From the NCBI GenBank assembly GCA_050730875.1, contig JBOHNX010000002.1, positions 220,805 through 284,804 on the forward strand: a DNA stretch of 64,000 bases. The letters run 5' to 3'. Made by a program: the position numbers and the translations under genes. Below are positions 18,094 through 26,691 of this stretch, piece after piece (position 1 is the first letter of the stretch; every line of letters starts with the position of its first letter). This DNA is from Candidatus Saccharimonadales bacterium. Its GTDB lineage: Bacteria > Patescibacteriota > Saccharimonadia > Saccharimonadales > EFPC-124. The notes below the pieces were generated by a model that made no database searches, was not told the DNA's origin, and worked only from the letters and a program-made list of their open reading frames with translations.

Positions 18094-19230
18094 TTAATTC
18101 TGCTGCACTCTAACGGTTACCTCTGGTAGTTGCTTGATGATTTTGTCGTCGTAGTGGTCAGTTTCCTTTGTAAAAGCTGCCCGTGTCAGCGGCGTGGCTA
18201 TCTTGGCTGCCGTATCAACTAGCCAAATTTTCCCGGCAGTGTGCACAATGTTGTCACATTGCAGATAGACCTGGCCATAGCGCGGCGGGTAGATGTTCGC
18301 AAGCGCTGCAATGCTACCTGTTTCTGTTAGCCCGGCGACCGGCTGTGCATATTTATCGTCGCGTGTGGCGATCACATAGTACGTCTCTTCGTTTAATTGC
18401 AAACTTTCGCGAAACTGCTGCATTAACGTGTCGGTCGCGGCCGTGTCTTCGATACCACTTTGCTCCAGGGCAAGGAATCGTTCGGCGGCATATTGCATGA
18501 GATACTCAGCTGCATCGGGGCGCTCGCGAAGCTCGAATGCCACGTCCTCAAATGGTACCCAGTCAGTTTGCTTGTGTCTCCAAGAGTCATCTAGGATCTG
18601 GATTTTTACGCCATCCTCCGCCTGGCAAATATTAATTCCTGTGACAGTCGTGTTATGAAGCGGTTCTGTGGGTCGGTACGCGTTTGTTGTTTCTACGGTG
18701 ACGGGATGCTTAAGCGGGTCTTTAGCTGTGGCGTGTAGCTGTAGGCGAGGGTCAAAAAGCTTGTCGGTGGATAAACCGAGCATAATCTTTTGGCCGTCCA
18801 AATATTCCTGCAGCACCTCAACCACTTGTTCGTGGGTAGATTCTGGCATCGGCGCCTCGGTTTTCATCCAGAAACGTATAGATTCGCTTGGATCGGTAAT
18901 TTCAGCAGCAGAGTACCTCGCGGAAGCGGTAGTCTCCACTAGTGGCAGCCATAGTTCGAACATAATTTCTTCGCCCGTCGACTGTATCTCTCGTACGGTT
19001 GCTGGCTGTTTTACTTCTGTTTGATGCCGGCTGGGCCGGGTATAACTACAGTCATTGTAGTGTATTGCGTAACTTGCCTGTTTTTGGGCATCCTCTATAT
19101 GTAAGCCCTCAACCTTGGTTGTGAAAGGTTGGCCGCTAGCCAGTAGCTCTTGGAGCTGCCGGAGTGTTTCGGCGGTGACGTCGTGCAAGTCAGTGCGTGC
19201 TTCTTGTTGTTCAGGGTTATGTTTTTCCAT
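18094..19230 (-). CDS. Hypothetical protein, operon partner of the CYTH-kinase fusion
   Basis: 378-aa ORF starting 3 nt after the stop of the upstream gene on the same strand. No motif recognised. Confidence 0.5.
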   Translation of the reverse strand: MEKHNPEQQEARTDLHDVTAETLRQLQELLASGQPFTTKVEGLHIEDAQKQASYAIHYNDCSYTRPSRHQTEVKQPATVREIQSTGEEIMFELWLPLVETTASARYSAAEITDPSESIRFWMKTEAPMPESTHEQVVEVLQEYLDGQKIMLGLSTDKLFDPRLQLHATAKDPLKHPVTVETTNAYRPTEPLHNTTVTGINICQAEDGVKIQILDDSWRHKQTDWVPFEDVAFELRERPDAAEYLMQYAAERFLALEQSGIEDTAATDTLMQQFRESLQLNEETYYVIATRDDKYAQPVAGLTETGSIAALANIYPPRYGQVYLQCDNIVHTAGKIWLVDTAAKIATPLTRAAFTKETDHYDDKIIKQLPEVTVRVQQN

Positions 19231-19233
19231 GGT

Positions 19234-20403
19234 TTACTCCTTTGCTTGAACGTTATTAGCCTGGTAAGTCGGTTCGGCGATTTCCATTTGATATCGTAAA
19301 ATTGCCTCAGCACCGCCCAAAGAACTATTGAGACGGCTTTGCATGTCGCGCGTAATACGCCGGCCAATTGAGGTGGCAAGCGGCGTCGGTACTTCTACAA
19401 GATGGTTGACGAGCCCATCCAAATCTGGGGAGTGGGGGAATAATCCTTCGATGACGATAATTGGTGCCGCAGCGTGCTCGGTAGCCTCTACTACCGGTTC
19501 CTGCAAAGCAAAATCGAAGTATCGCCGGGCTATTGGTTGGCCAGAATCCAAGTGCTGGCGTAGATCAAATGCGAGCGCAGCAGTGTTATACACAGCGGGA
19601 GAGTCCCAGTTCTGCCATTTTTCAACACCGTGCGTATCGCACAGCCAGCGTTGGCCACGGTGGTAATCGTCGGTTGAAAGATGCATAGTTTTAAGACCAT
19701 ATACAATGTCGAGCTGCTGTGCCAAAGTGCTGGCAAAGGTCGACTTACCCGAGCCGCTTCGCCCTTTTATGCCTACGATGACTGGCCGCTGTTGCGTGGC
19801 AATTGCGGTGTTGAGTTTATCTGCCAATGTTGCAATGAGCCTGTCGTTTAGTGCAGCGGGCGGGCATTCCTGAGGCGTGGCCCATAGTTGATGGGCGCGG
19901 TACTCGTTATCGTATTCTCGGTTGCGGGATACATCCGAAAGCCTGCCCTCGCATTCGTCCAAAAATGCCAGTTGCTCCTCGTTGTTGCCTTCGACCTCAA
20001 GCACAAACGGCTGTGGCGTGCCGGCTTCATGCACGAGCCAATCCATAGTGACGCCTTCGGTTAGCGTTGCGCGTAGTTTTTGCAAACGCGGTAGGTTTTG
20101 GGCTGCGTAGAAGTTGTAAGCTGCTTCGGAAATGGGCGTGTTTATTTCCTGGCGGACGAGGGCCTTGCCCTGTGTGCCAGGCCGCGATTTTAATGTTGCT
20201 TCGTACTTCACCTGCTGCGCGCTTTTGGTTTTGCGGACGCGGAGCGACCAGTCTTCCTCTGGCCAACTGGTATAGATTTGCTCGATATGCCGGGCATGCT
20301 CCAACCACGGATCCATATTTAACCCGTGCGGTACAAATTTGCGCTCGACCTCCAGTGGCAGTTGCGGCTCATATTCGGGGGTCGAAATAATAGTGTTTGG
20401 CAT
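19234..20403 (-). CDS. CYTH (triphosphate tunnel metalloenzyme) domain fused to a uridine-kinase/PRK-family P-loop kinase domain
   Basis: 389 aa. N-terminal half: EVERKF (ExExK), LRVRK, VRQEI, LEVEG as in CYTH. C-terminal half: Walker A GIKGRSGSGKST, STDDYH and IIVIEGLF as in the Udk/PRK family. Confidence 0.7.
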   Translation of the reverse strand: MPNTIISTPEYEPQLPLEVERKFVPHGLNMDPWLEHARHIEQIYTSWPEEDWSLRVRKTKSAQQVKYEATLKSRPGTQGKALVRQEINTPISEAAYNFYAAQNLPRLQKLRATLTEGVTMDWLVHEAGTPQPFVLEVEGNNEEQLAFLDECEGRLSDVSRNREYDNEYRAHQLWATPQECPPAALNDRLIATLADKLNTAIATQQRPVIVGIKGRSGSGKSTFASTLAQQLDIVYGLKTMHLSTDDYHRGQRWLCDTHGVEKWQNWDSPAVYNTAALAFDLRQHLDSGQPIARRYFDFALQEPVVEATEHAAAPIIVIEGLFPHSPDLDGLVNHLVEVPTPLATSIGRRITRDMQSRLNSSLGGAEAILRYQMEIAEPTYQANNVQAKE

Positions 20404-20468
20404 AGCATTTCTCCAAAATTACATCTTCACTATAAAAAAGAGCGAAAATATACAATAGATAGTTTATT

Positions 20469-20496
20469 TTGACTCAAATTAATTTGATATTATAGA
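20469..20496 (+). promoter_or_regulatory. Candidate sigma-70 promoter TTGACT-16-TATAGA, leaderless geometry for the wHTH-Nudix gene
   Basis: The -10 ends 6 nt before the ATG at 20503. There is no Shine-Dalgarno sequence. Confidence 0.4.
20474..20487. promoter_or_regulatory. Perfect 14-bp palindrome TCAAATTAATTTGA in the promoter spacer (candidate operator)
   Basis: Self-complementary on inspection. It lies between the -35 and -10 of the divergent intergenic region. Confidence 0.4.
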
Positions 20497-20502
20497 TACA
20501 GG

Positions 20503-21159
20503 ATGCATCAAATTCAGAGATTTATACTAAAAATATTGACTACCAATGCCACAGCCCGCTTTGCGCAGCTGCGTCCGCCCCGCACTGACAGTAATTTGTT
20601 TAGCTACCATCTAAAAGTGCTGCTGAAAGAAGGCCTGATCGAAAAAAACGAAAAACAGTACAGGCTTTCACCGCGCGGCCTGGGCTATGCGGACCGTATA
20701 AGCATGGCGAAATTCGAGCCGCGTCAGCAGCCAAAGATCATGACAATGACCGTCTTGCGGCGCAGTGATGGAAGGATCTTCTTAATGCGCCGCGAAAAGC
20801 AGCCGTTTATAGGCATGCTGACGCTGCCGTCAGGCAAGGTGCACTTGGACGACGCGGGCGTACGCGAAGCAGCGCAGCGTGAACTTTTGGAAAAACTCGG
20901 GCTAACGGGAGCGGATATTTCACACAAAGGTGATGGCTATCTTCGTACGTACCAGGGAAATGAGCTAATTTCGAGTATCTTTTGCCATATCTTTGTGGGC
21001 GGCGTAAGCAAGATGGATGCTGAGCGTCTGCGTGGCAAATGGCTGGCTGCCGAAGAGGTGGAAATATATCCCGAAGTCGCTCCTGGTATTGCCGAGGCCG
21101 CCCACGCAGCGCTTGAATCTAAGAGCGGGTTTTTCTTTGAGATAACGAAATGGTTATAA
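20503..21159 (+). CDS. Winged-HTH + Nudix-domain protein (NrtR-like in components, reversed domain order), Nudix box partly degenerate
   Basis: 218 aa. The N-terminus RFAQLRP...SNLFSYHLKVLLKEGLIEKNEKQYRLSPRG is wHTH-like. The Nudix box reads GKVHLDDAGVREAAQRELLEKLGL versus GX5EX7REUXEEXGU (E to D and the second E of the EE pair to K). Confidence 0.6.
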   Translation: MHQIQRFILKILTTNATARFAQLRPPRTDSNLFSYHLKVLLKEGLIEKNEKQYRLSPRGLGYADRISMAKFEPRQQPKIMTMTVLRRSDGRIFLMRREKQPFIGMLTLPSGKVHLDDAGVREAAQRELLEKLGLTGADISHKGDGYLRTYQGNELISSIFCHIFVGGVSKMDAERLRGKWLAAEEVEIYPEVAPGIAEAAHAALESKSGFFFEITKWL

Positions 21160-21175
21160 CTGCTACACTAGTACC

Positions 21176-21520
21176 ATGACCCATTGCACTCATGTTTCTG
21201 ATGCTACTTTTGTAAAGGTGAAAAACGGTAAACGTGCTATCGAGCCGCGCTTAAATGATGATGCGCATCGTCGAATTCGTTTGGGCGATTTAATGCTGTT
21301 TACAAACCGCACCACCAATGAGGAATTGCTAACCAAAGTAGTTGGAGTTCTTCGCTATCCGACCTTCGACCAACTGTTTGCCGCTTTCCCGCTGCGTTAT
21401 TTTGGTTCCGATACAAAAGAAGCGCTGCATAAAGAGATGCATCGGTATTACACCTCAGAGCAAGAAACTAAGTGGGGTGTACTTGGTATAAAACTCCATC
21501 TGCTTAACATTCGCGAATAA
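21176..21520 (+). CDS. ASCH-domain protein
   Basis: 114 aa. The pattern NGKRAIEPRLND...IRLGDLMLF...VVGVLRYPTFDQLF...YYTSEQETKWGVLGIKL is typical of the ASC-1 homology (PUA-like) domain. Confidence 0.5.
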   Translation: MTHCTHVSDATFVKVKNGKRAIEPRLNDDAHRRIRLGDLMLFTNRTTNEELLTKVVGVLRYPTFDQLFAAFPLRYFGSDTKEALHKEMHRYYTSEQETKWGVLGIKLHLLNIRE

Positions 21521-22164
21521 TGGCCACCGCAGAAACATTTACTGGCCCACTGCCGGAAGACCTTCGCCCCGAAATTAAAAACGAACTCCCATTAGGAGTG
21601 GGCGGGCAGGACTGGTTGGTGCAGCAGGGAGTAGTGCCCGAAGAATTTTTGCATCCAGTGTCCCTGCCAAAAGTTGTGCAAGAGAGGCTGAGTATCGTTG
21701 ATGAACAGCTCCGCGATGTGAGCATACGATTGAATGAGCATGTGGGCAGTTTTAGCTACCCGCTCCGCGTTAGGGTTATGGCCGGATACCGTTATCCGCA
21801 CGAACAACAACAGATAGCAGACGCGATAAAAGCTGCACGATTTTGCGAGAAAAGCCCGATAGCTATGAATTGGGGAAGAATGTTAGGGAGTGGGTGTCAC
21901 ACGGATCCCGCGGCGCATGTCAGCGGTCGCGAGGTTGACCTACGGGTAACTTATGAATTGCCCAAGGGTGATGAGCCACAAAAAGTATCACTCCTTAGTA
22001 ATGAATACGGCATGACGAACCATCTTTCCTCCTGGGAGTATTCGCGCATGAGATTCCAGAGAAAGACCATCAGTGATCTGCTAGTTGGGCTTATGAGCGA
22101 GCAAGAATTTGTAGTGAACCCAAAACGCCCTTGGCATTTTACTTACCGGGGCGGTTTGCAGTAG
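21520..22164 (+). CDS. Peptidase M15 (LAS-family, VanY/D-Ala-D-Ala carboxypeptidase-like)
   Basis: 214 aa. AAHVSGREVDL matches the SxHxxGxAxD zinc motif and RPWHFTYRG matches the ExWHxRYxG distal-His motif. TAATG start/stop overlap with the ASCH gene. Confidence 0.5.
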   Translation: MATAETFTGPLPEDLRPEIKNELPLGVGGQDWLVQQGVVPEEFLHPVSLPKVVQERLSIVDEQLRDVSIRLNEHVGSFSYPLRVRVMAGYRYPHEQQQIADAIKAARFCEKSPIAMNWGRMLGSGCHTDPAAHVSGREVDLRVTYELPKGDEPQKVSLLSNEYGMTNHLSSWEYSRMRFQRKTISDLLVGLMSEQEFVVNPKRPWHFTYRGGLQ

Positions 22165-22170
22165 GGCGAT

Positions 22171-22812
22171 TTACTTTTTGGTTGCGAAGTAATCGATTTC
22201 TTTAACAATGTCGAGCAGCGCTTGGGCGCGTCGCGTTTCGTCGCCAATGTTTTTAGCAGCTTGGTGGGCTTCGTCGAGCAAGCTTTGGTCGTCGGTCGAG
22301 CGGATAATCAGCAGTAGCGTGTCAAACTTATCTTCCGGCGGTAAGTCTAACTTGCCGACCAGTGGGCGAAGCTCTTCAAGTGCGGATTGTTTAAGTTTGT
22401 CGAGATCCTTATTGCCAGTAGACGGAAGAGGAGCAGGCGCGGGTAGCGAAGGAGCTTCTGGTGTCTCTTTTGGTTTTTCCTTTTCGTCTTCGTCTTTTTC
22501 ATCCTTGGCTTTATGAGAAGTGGCGTGAGCGTGATGTACCGTTGGTGGCTCGTCCTTGTCGGATTCTGGCCCCGCTTGGGGTGCTTCTGGCGAAGCCGGT
22601 TCCTCGGTTGGAACAGGTGGTTCAGGCAACTGCAGGTCGTCGGCTGAAGGTGGGGTAGGAGTGGTCGTGGCATCAGCAGTGCCGCTGGTAGCGCCGGCGC
22701 CAATATCGGCACCTGGCATTGGCATCTCTTCGTATTGTAAGCTATCGCTCAAAGCTTTTGCTAAATCGTCGTCACCGCTCATCGGAGGATGTTGGTTTTG
22801 ATCGGCATCCAT
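22171..22812 (-). CDS. Hypothetical acidic, Pro/Ala/Thr-rich low-complexity protein with a C-terminal helical domain
   Basis: 213-aa ORF. About 140 aa look disordered (PTPPSADDLQLPEPPVPTEEPASPEAP, KDEKDEDEKEKPKETPE). The C-terminus reads LLLIIRSTDDQSLLDEAHQAAKNI. Confidence 0.45.
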   Translation of the reverse strand: MDADQNQHPPMSGDDDLAKALSDSLQYEEMPMPGADIGAGATSGTADATTTPTPPSADDLQLPEPPVPTEEPASPEAPQAGPESDKDEPPTVHHAHATSHKAKDEKDEDEKEKPKETPEAPSLPAPAPLPSTGNKDLDKLKQSALEELRPLVGKLDLPPEDKFDTLLLIIRSTDDQSLLDEAHQAAKNIGDETRRAQALLDIVKEIDYFATKK

Positions 22813-22912
22813 GTTCCCACCTCTTACCTTTGGTTTACTCTTTCTTTATTCATAATGGTATCATAAGCATGTTGAGTGGGGAATAATAACGGAAATTACA
22901 TCAGGAGGCGGC

Positions 22913-23950
22913 ATGCTCGATGATTCAAATGTACTTAAACAACGTGATCCGCAAAATGCGCTTGGAGTAGCTGCGACCGAACCAGACCAACTGAAGAATG
23001 TGGCCGAGGTGGTGAACACGCCAGGCGGCAAAAAAGTTATTACAAGTGTTGTGATTACAGGCATGGGTGGCTCTGCGCTTGCAGCAGGCTTGGCTAAGAA
23101 TTGGCTCGATATGGCCGTGCCATTTGAAATTGTGCGTCGCTATCAACTGCCAGCGTATGTAAACGCCACTACGCTGGTGATCGCCTCGAGCTACTCTGGC
23201 AACACCGAAGAAACACTCAGTGCGTACCAGGAAGCAATGGCGAAAGGTGCGCATGTGGCGGTGCTGGCCAGCGGCGGTAAATTACTCGATGCCGCTAAGG
23301 AAAATAGCCAACCATATGTAGAGCTAGACTCCAAGGGCATTCAGCCACGTATGGCGGTGCTGGCAAATCTAAAAGCACTGGTTCACTTGCTTGAAAGCTA
23401 TAAATTGGTCGAAGGAAAATCGGCTGAGCTTGAGGGCACGGTTAAGTGGCTAAAAGATGAGCTTAAAAGCTGGTTGCCATCTGTCCCAGAAAAAGAAAAC
23501 TACGCAAAGCAGCTGGCGCAGGAATTACCTGGCAAAACACCAATTGTGTACGCCGGTTCGATTATGGGCGCACTTGGCTACAAGTGGAAAATCGGCTTTA
23601 ACGAAAACGCTAAAAACGTTTCGTTTGCTAACGAGCTGCCCGAGTTCAATCACAACGAATTTATTGGCTGGAGCTCGCATCCAACCGAAAAGCCCTATGC
23701 CGTACTCGACCTAGTTTCGAGCTTCGAACATCCTCAGGTGCTCAAGCGGTTTGCAATAACAGATAGGCTCCTTTCGGGTATGCGACCAAAAGCTACCCGT
23801 ATTGAACTGCACGGCAATACGGCGCTCGAGCAAATGCTTTGGGGCGCAATATTAGGCGATTTTGTTAGTATTTACTTGGCGATTTTAAACGGTGTCAATC
23901 CGACGCCGGTAGATTTGGTTGAAAAATTCAAAGCAGAACTCAATAAGTAG
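22913..23950 (+). CDS. Bifunctional phosphoglucose/phosphomannose isomerase (SIS-domain PGI/PMI family)
   Basis: 345 aa. VITGMGGSALAAG SIS motif, SYSGNTEET, and ELPEFNHNEFIGW typical of the PGI/PMI C-terminal domain. Confidence 0.75.
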   Translation: MLDDSNVLKQRDPQNALGVAATEPDQLKNVAEVVNTPGGKKVITSVVITGMGGSALAAGLAKNWLDMAVPFEIVRRYQLPAYVNATTLVIASSYSGNTEETLSAYQEAMAKGAHVAVLASGGKLLDAAKENSQPYVELDSKGIQPRMAVLANLKALVHLLESYKLVEGKSAELEGTVKWLKDELKSWLPSVPEKENYAKQLAQELPGKTPIVYAGSIMGALGYKWKIGFNENAKNVSFANELPEFNHNEFIGWSSHPTEKPYAVLDLVSSFEHPQVLKRFAITDRLLSGMRPKATRIELHGNTALEQMLWGAILGDFVSIYLAILNGVNPTPVDLVEKFKAELNK

Positions 23951-23955
23951 TTTAA

Positions 23956-25188
23956 TTACTGGAAGTACCGCAAGGCTTCGATTGGATCCTTGCGAGCGGC
24001 TTTAATGGCTGGCCAGGCGCCAAAGATGACACCTACGGCTAGCGATACGGCAAGGGCGATCGCTATGATTTGCCACGTCACACCCGGCATAAAGCCAAGC
24101 AGTGTGCCGACAAAGAAGGCCAGCCCGTAACCGGCGGCTATGCCCAAAACGCCGCCGACTACACTCATAACTAACGCTTCAATCATAAACTGGGATAAGA
24201 TCTGGCGGTTTGTCGCGCCAACGGCTTTGCGGATGCCAATTTCGCGGGTGCGTTCGGTGACGCTGACCAGCATGATATTCATGATGCCAATGCCGCCAAC
24301 AATTATTGAAATCGAGGCAATGGCGCTGGTGAAACCGGTGAGAATGCGGAATAGGTCATCGGTTAGCTTTAGGGCTTCTTCGGGACGGAGCACCGTAAAA
24401 TCTTCTTCATTTGTGTGGTTGGCGAGTAATTTTTGATGCAGGTTACCGGCGACATCTTTAATGTTGTGGCCATTGTCGGTCCGGGCGTTAATTTGCTGGA
24501 TCTGGGCAATGCCTTGGTTGAAGCCTTTTCCGGCGTCAAGCGGGATAAACGCAGCTCTGTTAAGATCAAAAACGTTACTTATTGTGGCCGAAGATTCAAA
24601 TTGCCGCAGGATGCCAATAACCGTAAATTCCTTGCCGCGCAAAAATACCGTTTGGCCAATGCCGACATCTGTGCCGAGTAGGTCAATTGCGAGTTCGCGG
24701 CCCAGTACCACTGTCTCGCGCGTCGTTTTATTGTTTACAAATTCGCCGGCCGCCATGCTGAGGTCCAGGACTTCTAAACAATCTTCGTTAGTAGCGACAA
24801 TCACGCTATTATCGGCCGTCCGTTCGCCGTTGCCAACGCTGCCTGTTACCAGCATGAAAGGCGCAGCGCTAGCTATGCCTTCGGTTTGGGCGACGGTGTT
24901 AAGGTCGCGCTCGGTGATGGTAGAAGAACCCAGTGCAGCTAAAAAGTTGTAGTTAAGTATATTGCCAAACGCATCGCGCGTTGCCTTGCCGGGCCGAATA
25001 GTCAGAATGTTGTCGCCCAGTTGTTTAATTTGGCCGCGTATGGTGTTTTTTGCGCCCTCGCCAAGACTCAGTACAACCGTCACCGAAGCCACACCGATTA
25101 CAATACCAAGGATTGTTAGCGCAGTGCGGACTTTGGTCGCCTTTAAACTATTGATGGCAATTTTAATATCACCGAGCCAACGCAGCAT
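23956..25188 (-). CDS. ABC transporter permease, MacB/FtsX family
   Basis: 410 aa. N-terminal TM, large extracytoplasmic domain, C-terminal FtsX 3-TM bundle (ERTREIGIRKAVGA...). Confidence 0.8.
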   Translation of the reverse strand: MLRWLGDIKIAINSLKATKVRTALTILGIVIGVASVTVVLSLGEGAKNTIRGQIKQLGDNILTIRPGKATRDAFGNILNYNFLAALGSSTITERDLNTVAQTEGIASAAPFMLVTGSVGNGERTADNSVIVATNEDCLEVLDLSMAAGEFVNNKTTRETVVLGRELAIDLLGTDVGIGQTVFLRGKEFTVIGILRQFESSATISNVFDLNRAAFIPLDAGKGFNQGIAQIQQINARTDNGHNIKDVAGNLHQKLLANHTNEEDFTVLRPEEALKLTDDLFRILTGFTSAIASISIIVGGIGIMNIMLVSVTERTREIGIRKAVGATNRQILSQFMIEALVMSVVGGVLGIAAGYGLAFFVGTLLGFMPGVTWQIIAIALAVSLAVGVIFGAWPAIKAARKDPIEALRYFQ

Positions 25189-26108
25189 TACGATTTACCT
25201 TTCTTGGTTTTGGATGTTTTTTTGGTTGTGCGCGGTTTTGTGTTCCGCTTTTTGGTAATTTTCTTGGCCGGCGTTTCTTTAGGTTTTTTTGGCGTTTCTT
25301 TTTTCTCGTCCTCTTCGCGCGCCATAGCCTCGGTTGCTTCGGCAAATTCTTCGTTGGCTTTTACTGCTGCTTCCAAGGCTTTGCGGAAGGTGCTAAGTGG
25401 GCGCTTGAGTCGTTCTGCCTTGGTGGGTTGCTTGCTGTCGGAGGCAACCCGGCCGTCAACCATCTGGATAATGCGGTCTGCGTAAATCGCAACATCTGGG
25501 TTGTGCGTGACCATAATAATGGTATTGCCGCGGCGGTGAATATCGGCCAATTCTTCCATAATAATTTCGGAGCTTTTGGTGTCGAGATTACCGGTGGGCT
25601 CGTCTGCCAAGATAATCGCCGGTTTGTTCACAAGCGCACGGGCAATCGCCACGCGTTGGAGCTGACCACCGCTGAGTTGGTAGGGCATGTAGTATTCGCG
25701 TTGGTCGAGGCCGAAGGTTTTAAGGAGTTTGCTCGATTCGGTGAGGTTGCGGGTGCGCAGGGTGCCGCGATAGGTAAGGGGGAGGGCGACGTTTTCGATG
25801 ACTGTGGCGCGGCTCAGCAAGTTAAAGTTTTGGAATATCATGCCAATGTGGTCGCGACGCAGTTTGGCGCGGCGGCGTTGGCTTAATTCGGCGACCGATT
25901 TGCTATCTAAATAATATTCGCCGTGGGTCGGCGTATCGAGCAGGCCTAGAATATTCATGAGTGTTGTTTTGCCCGAGCCAGAAGGACCCATGATCGCCAC
26001 AAATTCACCTCGTTCAATGGCGAGGGTGACGTTATCGAGGGCGACAGTTGTAGCGTCGCCAACCCCGAAGAGTTTGCTGAGTCCGAATATTTCGATTACT
26101 GGCTGCAT
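25188..26108 (-). CDS. ABC transporter ATP-binding protein (MacB/LolD-like) with a Lys-rich C-terminal tail
   Basis: Walker A GPSGSGKTT, signature LSGGQLQR, Walker B ILADEPT. About 85 aa of extra basic tail (KKETPKKPKETPAKKITKKRNTKPRTTKKTSKTKKGKS). Confidence 0.85.
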   Translation of the reverse strand: MQPVIEIFGLSKLFGVGDATTVALDNVTLAIERGEFVAIMGPSGSGKTTLMNILGLLDTPTHGEYYLDSKSVAELSQRRRAKLRRDHIGMIFQNFNLLSRATVIENVALPLTYRGTLRTRNLTESSKLLKTFGLDQREYYMPYQLSGGQLQRVAIARALVNKPAIILADEPTGNLDTKSSEIIMEELADIHRRGNTIIMVTHNPDVAIYADRIIQMVDGRVASDSKQPTKAERLKRPLSTFRKALEAAVKANEEFAEATEAMAREEDEKKETPKKPKETPAKKITKKRNTKPRTTKKTSKTKKGKS

Positions 26109-26191
26109 ACATGGCTCTGGCGATTAAGCTTTACATCTATTATAGGAGTCGCGCTAAAACCAAAACAGACCTTTTTTCACAACGATGTCAA

Positions 26192-26226
26192 GTGGGTGGG
26201 GCAGCCTCATACGGAGCCCCACCCAC
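26192..26226. repeat. 10-bp-stem inverted repeat (GTGGGTGGGG-N15-CCCCACCCAC), possible terminator/insulator between operons
   Basis: Perfect complementarity seen in the sequence. It lies 17 nt downstream of the minus-strand 26243 stop. No adjacent U-tract. Confidence 0.35.
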
Positions 26227-26242
26227 CCGTCAGGGTTCGCGG

Positions 26243-26545
26243 CTAATCCGCCAGCTTGATGGTGCGTAGCACATTGTCGTCCTGTTCGACGATGCCGCGC
26301 TCGCGCTTATCGCCATCGAGGATCATTCCTGCTGCAACGGACCAGCGGCGCGGAAGGAGTACATGGTGGAAGCCTTTATCAGCCGGACAGACCGCAATGA
26401 TGCTGAAACCTTTGGATACAAGTGGAAAACGCGGAGTGTCGGCAGGCATGTGCCACGCCGCAGCACATGCGTCGTTGTCGTTCACCGGACAATCCTTCCT
26501 ATTGAAATGTACAAACCCTTGCATATGTATGTAGCTCATACCCAT
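26243..26545 (-). CDS. Hypothetical protein
   Basis: 100-aa ORF. No motif recognised. Coding status uncertain. Confidence 0.3.
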   Translation of the reverse strand: MGMSYIHMQGFVHFNRKDCPVNDNDACAAAWHMPADTPRFPLVSKGFSIIAVCPADKGFHHVLLPRRWSVAAGMILDGDKRERGIVEQDDNVLRTIKLAD

Positions 26546-26589
26546 CGCAAAAGCAATAGCGCTTTGGTCTGCTACAATAGCCAGCGTAC

Positions 26590-26681
26590 GGAGAGGTGGC
26601 CGAGTGGCCGAAGGCGCACGCTTGGAAAGCGTGTATCTCGAGCAATCGGGATCGTGGGTTCGAATCCCACTCTCTCCGCCA
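26590..26681 (+). tRNA. tRNA-Ser (anticodon GGA), CCA encoded
   Basis: Acceptor GGAGAGG/TCTCTCC. Anticodon stem CACGC/GCGTG with loop TTGGAAA. Long variable arm (type II). T-arm GTGGG-TTCGAAT-CCCAC. Discriminator G + CCA. Confidence 0.9.
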
Positions 26682-26691
26682 AGAAGAAAAT

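Noticed and set aside
26596-26691. N-terminal extension of the HAD-like ORF
   Set aside because: The extension is the tRNA-Ser gene read as protein. The CDS was re-started at ATG 26692.
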